A DNA stretch of 64,000 nt from Deltaproteobacteria bacterium (GTDB taxonomy: Bacteria; Myxococcota_A; Polyangia; JAAYKL01), in the NCBI GenBank assembly GCA_028713995.1, contig JAQTNF010000001.1, positions 39,981-103,980 on the forward strand, read 5' to 3'. The position numbers and the translations under genes are program-made. Shown here one piece after another: positions 57,706-64,000 of the stretch; position 1 is the stretch's first letter, and every line of letters begins with the position of its first letter. The notes under the pieces are model-generated. The model saw nothing but the letters and a program-made list of their open reading frames with translations. It did no database searches and was not told where the DNA came from.

Positions 57706-59397
57706 TTACTTCTTCTTCTCAGGTGCTGGCTTACCATCCTTGGCCGCATCGGCCTTGGGCTGCTCTCCGGCCTTGGGCTGCTCTCCGGCCTTGGGCTGCT
57801 CTCCGGCCTTGGGTTGCTCTCCGGCCTTGGGCTGCTCTCCGGCCTTGGGCTGCTCTCCGGCCTTGGGCTGCTCTCCGGCCTTGGGCTGCTCTCCGGCCTT
57901 GGGCTGCTCTCCGGCCTTGGGCTGCTCCCCGGCCTTGGGCTGCTCCCCGGCCTTGGGCTGTGCCCCCGCAGCCGGAGCCGGAGCCGCACCCGCGGCAGGC
58001 GCCGCGCCTTCAGCTGGGATCTCGGGTGGGGCCTGCATGCCAGCCTTCTCCTTTTCTTCCAGCTGTTTGGCCTTCTCCATCATCTTCTTGGCTTCTTCCT
58101 CGCGTTTCTTCTGCTCCTCCGCGAGCTTCTTGATCTCGGCCATCTGGCGCTCGGCTTCGCGGATCTGCTTCACGGCCTCGTCGCACTTCTTGATGCGGAG
58201 CTCAGCCTTCGCATACCAGGAAAGAAGAGGCCCTTTCCCATCGGGATCGGCCTTGTGGTTCTCAGTGGCGTTCTGCAAAAATTTTTCGAAGACCTTCTTG
58301 GCCTTCTCGTAGCCCTCGGGCGTGCCCGGGTTCTCGTAGTCCATCTCCAAGAGGCCCAGGTTGAAGATGTAGTCGGTCCGCTTGGGGTCGATTTCGGCCG
58401 CCTTCTTGTACTCGGCCCGAGCGCCGACGAAGTCGCGGAGGCCTCTCATGGCCACGCCAAGGCCCATATGCGCGTCGTAGCTCCTGGGGTTGAGGACAAT
58501 GGCCCTCTCGAATGCCGTCTTCGCCTCGGCATACCCGCGGAAGCTCAGGTTGATGGCAGCAAAATTCATGTACGACTCAAACAAGTTCGGGTCCTTCTTG
58601 AATGCGGCCTCGAAGGCCTTGAGCGCCTCGACGAGGTCGTTCTGGGCCATCAGGATCTGCCCCAGCGCGTGGTAGACGGGACCGTATTCCGGATTCAGCT
58701 GGATGGCCTGTTCGCAGACCAGCTTTGCCAGCGTGAAGTATGAGGGCTTTTGGTTGTCGATCGCGTAGTCGTAATACAGCATTGCCAACTGGTAGAGCGC
58801 GGGCATGAACTTGGATTCGATGGCGAGCGCGGTCCGAAGGTTGTAAAGAGCCTTCTCGACCTTCTTCCGCTCTCGAAGGAGCGTGGCCGCGTTCGTGTAG
58901 GCCGGAACGGCCTCCAGGCGATTCGGGCCGGCCGCCACCGCTCTGCGCAGCATGTCCTCGGCCTCCTGCGTGCGACCATTCTCCAGGTTCATCACGGCAA
59001 GGTAGTCCAAGGCCGGTTGGTAGTCCGCCACGACCTTCAGGGCGTTCTCGAACGCCTCCTTGGCCTTGTCGTTCATCCCGCACTTGCGATAAACGACGCC
59101 GACGTTGAAAAGAGCCTCAATCATCTTGCCGTGCTCGCCAGCAACATCCAGAAAGGCGGAGGCCACGGACTGGCACTTGTCTTTGGGCCAGCCCAGCTTC
59201 TCGGCCTCCATGTAGCTCTTGGCGGCCGCCGTGAAGTCCTCCTTTGCCTCTTGCGTGATCACCGGCCGGCCGGGCCCACCCCCGTGCTCGCCCCCTGCAC
59301 CAGCTGCGCCTGCCTGAACCGCGCCACCGCACCCGGCGGCCAGAGTCAGAAACATCACCGAGGAAAGACACGCGATAGCTTGGATTCTGATCTTCAT
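57706..59397 (-). CDS. TPR-repeat lipoprotein with a coiled-coil and a C-terminal (AGEQPK)x12 repeat
   Basis: Lipobox 'LTLAAGCGG'. Multiple TPR units ('ALYQLAMLYYDYAID', 'YHALGQILMAQND', 'YDAHMGLGVAMRG'). Lys/Glu coiled-coil. 12 perfect AGEQPK repeats. Confidence 0.7.
   Translation of the reverse strand: MKIRIQAIACLSSVMFLTLAAGCGGAVQAGAAGAGGEHGGGPGRPVITQEAKEDFTAAAKSYMEAEKLGWPKDKCQSVASAFLDVAGEHGKMIEALFNVGVVYRKCGMNDKAKEAFENALKVVADYQPALDYLAVMNLENGRTQEAEDMLRRAVAAGPNRLEAVPAYTNAATLLRERKKVEKALYNLRTALAIESKFMPALYQLAMLYYDYAIDNQKPSYFTLAKLVCEQAIQLNPEYGPVYHALGQILMAQNDLVEALKAFEAAFKKDPNLFESYMNFAAINLSFRGYAEAKTAFERAIVLNPRSYDAHMGLGVAMRGLRDFVGARAEYKKAAEIDPKRTDYIFNLGLLEMDYENPGTPEGYEKAKKVFEKFLQNATENHKADPDGKGPLLSWYAKAELRIKKCDEAVKQIREAERQMAEIKKLAEEQKKREEEAKKMMEKAKQLEEKEKAGMQAPPEIPAEGAAPAAGAAPAPAAGAQPKAGEQPKAGEQPKAGEQPKAGEQPKAGEQPKAGEQPKAGEQPKAGEQPKAGEQPKAGEQPKAGEQPKADAAKDGKPAPEKKK
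57751..57966 (-). repeat. 12 tandem copies of an 18-bp unit (ggccttgggctgctctcc on the plus strand) encoding AGEQPK
   Basis: Read directly. Copies are near-identical, with C/T wobble in the last three. Confidence 0.85.
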
Positions 59398-59409
59398 TGG
59401 CTTTCCTCC

Positions 59410-62400
59410 CTATTCCTCTTTCGACGCGCTCTCGGCTTCGCCCTTGGAAGACATCGTGCCGCCGCCGATCTCGGCCGCGGAGGTTGTCAGCTCCCTGTCC
59501 ATCTTCTGGGCCGCAGTTTCGAGCTCCAGGATGGGGTCCGGTGTCGCCCAGACCGTCAGCCTGTTGTTGTTCTGGACGCGGATCTCCTCGGACACCGGAA
59601 ACTCCTGCGGGCTGAGCTTGTTGAGCTCGCGCTCGCACCGCATGGAGTTCTCGTTGAACCACCGGACCTTGGTGGAGATGTTGAGGCAGTGCGTGTACAG
59701 CGTGACCGCGATGTCGTGCATGGGCTGAGCCTTGCCGTCCAGCGACTCTCGGTAGATATCGACGAGTTCCTGATTGTCCTTGATCGATGGTGGAACTGGC
59801 GCGTCATACAGCGTCTGCATGAACTCGAGCTGCATGTCGGCCACGCGCGCGGCCGCCGCCATCTCCCATTCAGGCACGTGCATTTTGGCCACCAACGCGA
59901 ACATGTCGGAGGCATCCTTGAGCACCTTGCCCTTGTTTTCCATCCACGGGACGAACTTGAATTTGATCCAGTATTGGAACTGCGGCTCCCCAACTTCCTT
60001 CTTGGCCTCCTTCTCCGCATCTTCCTTCTTCATTTCTCCCCATCTCACGAGCAGCCTACGGTACTTCTTCCATTCCTCCGCCGCCTTCAGATCTTCCGGC
60101 TTCTGTTCGCTCTTCCACCACTTCTCGACGGTCTTGGGAATCTCCTTCTCGGAGCGGAACTCGGGAAGGGTGATCCTCTCGAACTCCTGGAACTTCCTCT
60201 CGGCCACGTAATATCTAGCCTTGGCAGCCGCGATGAGCATGGCCGCCTTGCGTTTGTTATCCGGGACCTTGTCCATGGCGCCTGTGTCGTACACGGCGAG
60301 CGCCTGTTTGTAAGCTTTCTCGGCGGCGGCGTAGTCCGGCTTCTTCTGAAGCCAGTACGAATCGCCGATCATGACGTAAGCCTGGACCTGCTCGTCGAGG
60401 ATCTTGAGCTTCCCATAGTTCTTCAGGTAGCTGTCGTAGTGCTTGCGAAGCTTCTCGTAATCCTTCTCGTTAACGTAGATGAACCCGACTCCGAACACCA
60501 CTGTGGCGGTTTCGGCGGGCTTCCTCTGCTTGTAGTACTTCTCGAACAGGTTCATGGTCTCGAGCGCCTGCTCGTACCGCCCGAGACCGATGTAAAACAT
60601 CACTGCGTTCGACAGGGCCTCCGGGGCTTCCTTTTCTCCCGAATACTTCGTGGCGAACGACTTGTAGTTCTCCGCGGCCTCTCCATAAAACGCGAGGGCG
60701 TGGTAGTTCGCTCCGATATAGTAGGCGGCCTTCTTGGAATGCTCGCAGTCCGGATAGAGCTCGATCATCTTCTTGCGGAAGTTGATGGCCTGCCCGACGA
60801 GCCGCGCCGCCTCGAGGTTGATTGCCGTATTGAACAGCACCTCGCACATGCCCCTATCATCGTAGACTCCCTGATACTTCGTGAAAATCGTGATGTAGAT
60901 CTCGGCCGATTCCTTGAAGCGCTTGCGGGTTGTGAGAGCTTCAGCCTTCTTTCGCAGCACGCCGACCTTGAGCGCCTTGATCTGCCCCGCGAACTCCGCG
61001 TCCTTCATGAGCGACTTTCCGGGCGCTTTGGCGTCATCGATGAAGAGATCGACCGCTGACGCCAAATCGTCGTAGCACGAAGGCTCCGGCGGCTCGACCA
61101 TGCTGCCGAGCACGTTCAGGCAGTCCAGGTACAGGTTCGCGGCGTAGACGGCGAGCTGGTTGTCCGAGTGCTTGACAGCGATGTCCTTGAACAAAACCGC
61201 CGCCTCGGCGAACATGTTGGCCTCGTAATAAATTCGCGCGCGGCGATATTTGATGTTGACCAGATCCTGGCCTTCGGACACGTAGCAGACGTACCGGTCA
61301 TACGACTTGAGCATGCCCGCCTGGACCTGCGTGAGCTCGCTGGGCTTCAGGACGACCTTCGCGGCCTCATCACACGCCTTGGTGCAAGCGTTCTTCTCCT
61401 CGTCCTTGCCCTTGCACTTCTTCTTGCAGTCCTTGCATTTCTTGTCGCAGCCGCCATCCGTGGCCTGGTCGGTCTTGAGCTTGTGCGTGCGGTCCTTGTT
61501 CTCGAGACCGATCTGCACGGCGATCTTGTTGTAGCAGAGCACCGCCGCGTATGCGGCCTCGGCCAGATACTCGCCCTGCGGATTCATTTCCACAACCGCG
61601 TCGAAGGCGGGCGCGCACTTCTCCCAGTTCTCCATCGCCCAATAGAGGTCGGCCTTGTAATACGCGATGCGGTACTTTGTGGGCCTCGTTTTCTCTTCGA
61701 AACCCTCGACTTTTACTTCATCGATATTCGGAAACATGTTCAAAATCTCGTCATACAGGCCAATGGCGAGATTCATGGTGTTCTTGTCCTTGGTGCCCGG
61801 CGACGACTCGGTGCCCACGGCCTCGCGGTGCCACTGCAGCGCCTGGTCGACGGCCAGCGCGAGCGTGTCCGCGGCGCACTGCTTGACCTTCTGCTTGTCG
61901 TGTTTCCCCTCCTCGGAGAACTTCTTGTATAGGCCGAGCTGCCGCTTGAGCTCGGTGAGCTGCTCGTCCTTGGGTCGCGAGCTGATCACCGCGTTGGTGA
62001 CCATGGTCTGGTAGTGACACAGCTCGTCGCTGTTGTTTTTTGCGTAGTTGTCGATCTCGAGCGCCTCGAGCTTGTGGAACACGATGATTGCGTCCGCCCA
62101 GTGGCCCTCATCGTAGTAAAGCTCCGCCAGCTTTATGAGCATCTTGTGGGAGAGATCGGCACCGATCTTCTGGAAGAACTCCCACGCTTGACTCGGGTTG
62201 CCGATCTTCGAGAACGCGTCGACGAGCTCCATTCTGGACCGCTTGGCGACCGCCTGCGCCTCCTTGTTGTCCGGATGGTCGACCGCATACTGGATGACCT
62301 GATTGAACTGGTTGATGGTCCTCTTGTAGTCCTGCATGTTAAAGAGGCACCATGCTTGGTAGTACATTGCTATGATGTAGTTGGGGTTGTTGTCAGCGCC

Positions 62401-63294
62401 CCATTCCACGACCTTCTCGTAGGCCTTCATCGCCCGTTCGACGTCCCGCGCCTCGTTAAAGTAGTATTCACCGTACGCCATCCATGCGTGCGGGATGAAT
62501 CTCGACTGCGGATAGTTCCTGATGAGTTCCTGGTAGAAGACGCGAGCCCTTTCCCGGTAGCTTTCCTTCTTCGACTTCTCCTTCTCCTCCATCTCGCTCG
62601 CGATCTGGTCAATTTCGTACGCGATCGCAAAAAGGATTTCGTCGTAAGCCGGGTAGTCCGGGAAGTTGTTGCGGATCTCCACATATGCTTTGATGGAGAG
62701 TTCCCGGTACTCTCGTGCCTTTTCGTCCAGCGCCTTTTGCTGCGCCTTCAGACGGGCCGCTTCCTTGGCGTTCTTTTCCTTGGCCTGGAAGATTTTCTCA
62801 TCCAGATCGCGTGCCATGAAATTGAGTTGCGAATAGAACTCCTGATACGCATCCGCGAGACGCTTGAGAATCTCGGCCTTTTCCGGATTGTCGTTGCCGG
62901 TCTGTGTGACGAGACGCTTGATAAGATCGATTTCCTTTTTTAAAATATCGATCTTTTTCTTCTCACGCTTCTTCTTGAACGAAGATTGGATAACGTTCTT
63001 GACGTAATCCTTCCCGAGGCTCGGACCCAACGCCGCTTTTTCCTTCTTCTTCTCTTCCTTCTTCTCGGCCGAAGAGACCTTGACCGACTTCCTATTTGCG
63101 AAATCTCCGATCTTGAACCCGCCCGGACAGGTCATCACCTTGTCCTCAACGGACTTCGGGATGCACACCTCGTTTGCAGCACTTGCCGAGGGCTTGTTGG
63201 TCGTCTCCGCGAAGACCCGCGGCGACACCGAAAAAACGACGGCGAGAACGGCCATGGCGGCCAGACACACCACCCCATCTCTCTTGCGAATCAT
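59410..63294 (-). CDS. large (1294 aa) secreted TPR-repeat protein
   Basis: Signal peptide 'VVCLAAMAVLAVVFSVSPRVFA'. Lys/Glu-rich coiled-coil segment. TPR-like repeats throughout ('YYQAWCLFNMQDY', 'AAYYIGANYHALAFYGEAAENY', 'AYVMIGDSYWLQKKPDYAAAEKAY'). A Cys/Lys cluster 'CDKKCKDCKKKCKGKDEEKNACTKAC'. Lower GC. Confidence 0.7.
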   Translation of the reverse strand: MIRKRDGVVCLAAMAVLAVVFSVSPRVFAETTNKPSASAANEVCIPKSVEDKVMTCPGGFKIGDFANRKSVKVSSAEKKEEKKKEKAALGPSLGKDYVKNVIQSSFKKKREKKKIDILKKEIDLIKRLVTQTGNDNPEKAEILKRLADAYQEFYSQLNFMARDLDEKIFQAKEKNAKEAARLKAQQKALDEKAREYRELSIKAYVEIRNNFPDYPAYDEILFAIAYEIDQIASEMEEKEKSKKESYRERARVFYQELIRNYPQSRFIPHAWMAYGEYYFNEARDVERAMKAYEKVVEWGADNNPNYIIAMYYQAWCLFNMQDYKRTINQFNQVIQYAVDHPDNKEAQAVAKRSRMELVDAFSKIGNPSQAWEFFQKIGADLSHKMLIKLAELYYDEGHWADAIIVFHKLEALEIDNYAKNNSDELCHYQTMVTNAVISSRPKDEQLTELKRQLGLYKKFSEEGKHDKQKVKQCAADTLALAVDQALQWHREAVGTESSPGTKDKNTMNLAIGLYDEILNMFPNIDEVKVEGFEEKTRPTKYRIAYYKADLYWAMENWEKCAPAFDAVVEMNPQGEYLAEAAYAAVLCYNKIAVQIGLENKDRTHKLKTDQATDGGCDKKCKDCKKKCKGKDEEKNACTKACDEAAKVVLKPSELTQVQAGMLKSYDRYVCYVSEGQDLVNIKYRRARIYYEANMFAEAAVLFKDIAVKHSDNQLAVYAANLYLDCLNVLGSMVEPPEPSCYDDLASAVDLFIDDAKAPGKSLMKDAEFAGQIKALKVGVLRKKAEALTTRKRFKESAEIYITIFTKYQGVYDDRGMCEVLFNTAINLEAARLVGQAINFRKKMIELYPDCEHSKKAAYYIGANYHALAFYGEAAENYKSFATKYSGEKEAPEALSNAVMFYIGLGRYEQALETMNLFEKYYKQRKPAETATVVFGVGFIYVNEKDYEKLRKHYDSYLKNYGKLKILDEQVQAYVMIGDSYWLQKKPDYAAAEKAYKQALAVYDTGAMDKVPDNKRKAAMLIAAAKARYYVAERKFQEFERITLPEFRSEKEIPKTVEKWWKSEQKPEDLKAAEEWKKYRRLLVRWGEMKKEDAEKEAKKEVGEPQFQYWIKFKFVPWMENKGKVLKDASDMFALVAKMHVPEWEMAAAARVADMQLEFMQTLYDAPVPPSIKDNQELVDIYRESLDGKAQPMHDIAVTLYTHCLNISTKVRWFNENSMRCERELNKLSPQEFPVSEEIRVQNNNRLTVWATPDPILELETAAQKMDRELTTSAAEIGGGTMSSKGEAESASKEE

Positions 63295-63299
63295 GCCTG

Positions 63300-63995
63300 C
63301 TACCTCCCGCAGTGGCTGCTGATCGGTTGCCTGTAGTAGCCGAGTTCATCGCGCCAATACTCGCCCTGGAACGGCCACAAGACGTGCTCTGCATCGCTCT
63401 CGATGTTGGCCTGCTGTACGGTCGGGCCTTGCACGGCCTGCTCCTGCTGGATTTCGAGATCGAGCTCGCCGCGCAGCGCCTTGAGGATTTCAATCTCCAC
63501 GCGGGTCGCCTGGTTCAGGAGGTCCTGGATCTCGCCCAGGAGGCGTTCGTAACGGGAACGGGCCAGATTCCCGGTATTGTCGATGGCCACGGACTTGGCC
63601 GTGTTGATGTCCTGCTGGATTCGGATGCCGGCGCCCGAGTTCACGAACATGGGCGGCATCTTTGACAACTTCTGCTCCTCCTTCTCGAGGATGTCGACGT
63701 ACTCCAGATTGCGCAGCAGGGTGCGGTCTCCCAGGGCGCCCTTGATGACGCTCAGGATCTCCGGGGAGAAGCCCATGATGGTCTTCTGCTCCGCCGCCGT
63801 ACCGCCGCCGCCCGGCGAAGCCTTGACATCGACCTCGGGACCGGCCCCTGCCTTGTCCAACTCGCGAAGCTTGCGCAGGAAGTCGAAGAAGGCCTGGTTG
63901 TTGGGGAACTTGCCCAGAGCCGCCTGCAGCTGCTGTTGGATGGGCGTGTACTTCTTGGTGAAATCGGCGACCGTCTTCTGTGCATCGTCGTACAA
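63300..63995 (-). CDS. hypothetical protein; the N-terminus probably lies beyond the window edge (ORF-track start is a TTG)
   Basis: 231 aa in a coherent frame with ordinary composition. Stop is 6 nt upstream of the 1294-aa TPR gene start. The first codon in the window is TTG, so the true start is probably upstream of nt 64000. Confidence 0.4.
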   Translation of the reverse strand: MYDDAQKTVADFTKKYTPIQQQLQAALGKFPNNQAFFDFLRKLRELDKAGAGPEVDVKASPGGGGTAAEQKTIMGFSPEILSVIKGALGDRTLLRNLEYVDILEKEEQKLSKMPPMFVNSGAGIRIQQDINTAKSVAIDNTGNLARSRYERLLGEIQDLLNQATRVEIEILKALRGELDLEIQQEQAVQGPTVQQANIESDAEHVLWPFQGEYWRDELGYYRQPISSHCGR

Positions 63996-64000
63996 GCACT

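Noticed and set aside
57751-57966. Possible CRISPR array suggested by regular 18-bp repeats
   Set aside because: Units are contiguous with no spacers, lie inside a CDS and encode an in-frame AGEQPK repeat. No cas genes nearby.
57443-61059. Plus-strand ORFs 57443..58312, 57547..58743, 57696..58133, 58750..61059, 61168..61932 and 62014..62943
   Set aside because: Antisense to the TPR genes. The 18-bp repeat yields spurious 'LGCSPA'/'GLGLLSGL' repeat translations. Leu/Val/Arg-rich artefacts.

Overview
This 64 kb window is very GC-rich (about 70-75% by eye) and densely coding on both strands. Two proteins end in a Cys-Gly-Cys plus hydrophobic tail plus Arg/Leu terminus that matches the MYXO-CTERM sorting signal, and many lipoproteins have Cys/Asp-rich low-complexity linkers. 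Together with the multihaem cytochromes this points to a member of the Myxococcota (Anaeromyxobacter-like); that assignment is inference. I support about 55 CDSs and found no rRNA, tRNA, CRISPR array or transposase.

Main blocks, in order:
- A truncated sensor histidine kinase at the left edge.
- A translationally coupled four-gene operon on the minus strand: ECF sigma factor, zinc-finger anti-sigma factor, caspase-family (peptidase C14) protein, DUF4097 protein (937..5373).
- A divergent trio: a degenerate GGDEF-like protein, a secreted hypothetical and a Cys-rich MYXO-CTERM protein.
- gmk and yicC.
- A giant secreted repeat protein split by a single in-frame TAG.
- An Rrf2 regulator coupled to cysE, an MFS transporter, and serA-like plus serC.
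- A CapA operon with two tandem Cys/poly-Asp lipoprotein paralogs.
- Two paralogous parallel beta-helix lipoproteins.
- An M3 peptidase, pgi, a GH57 glucanotransferase, coaE, a DedA protein, a radical-SAM DNA-repair-like protein and the sulfate ABC transporter cysPTWA.
- A cytochrome / beta-barrel / cytochrome module that looks like a porin-cytochrome electron conduit (47995..51703).
- Two FHA-domain proteins, one fused to a secretion-ATPase-like domain with degenerate catalytic motifs.
- A lower-GC block (56.1-63.3 kb): an S1 protease with MYXO-CTERM, then a small secreted protein, a TPR lipoprotein carrying 12 tandem 18-bp repeats, and a 1294-aa TPR protein. Their order recalls the Glt/Nfs envelope-machinery clusters.

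Most of the other long ORFs in the six-frame track are off-frame or antisense high-GC artefacts with Arg/Gly/Ala-rich translations. Internal start codons were placed by counting residues from the ORF-track boundaries.
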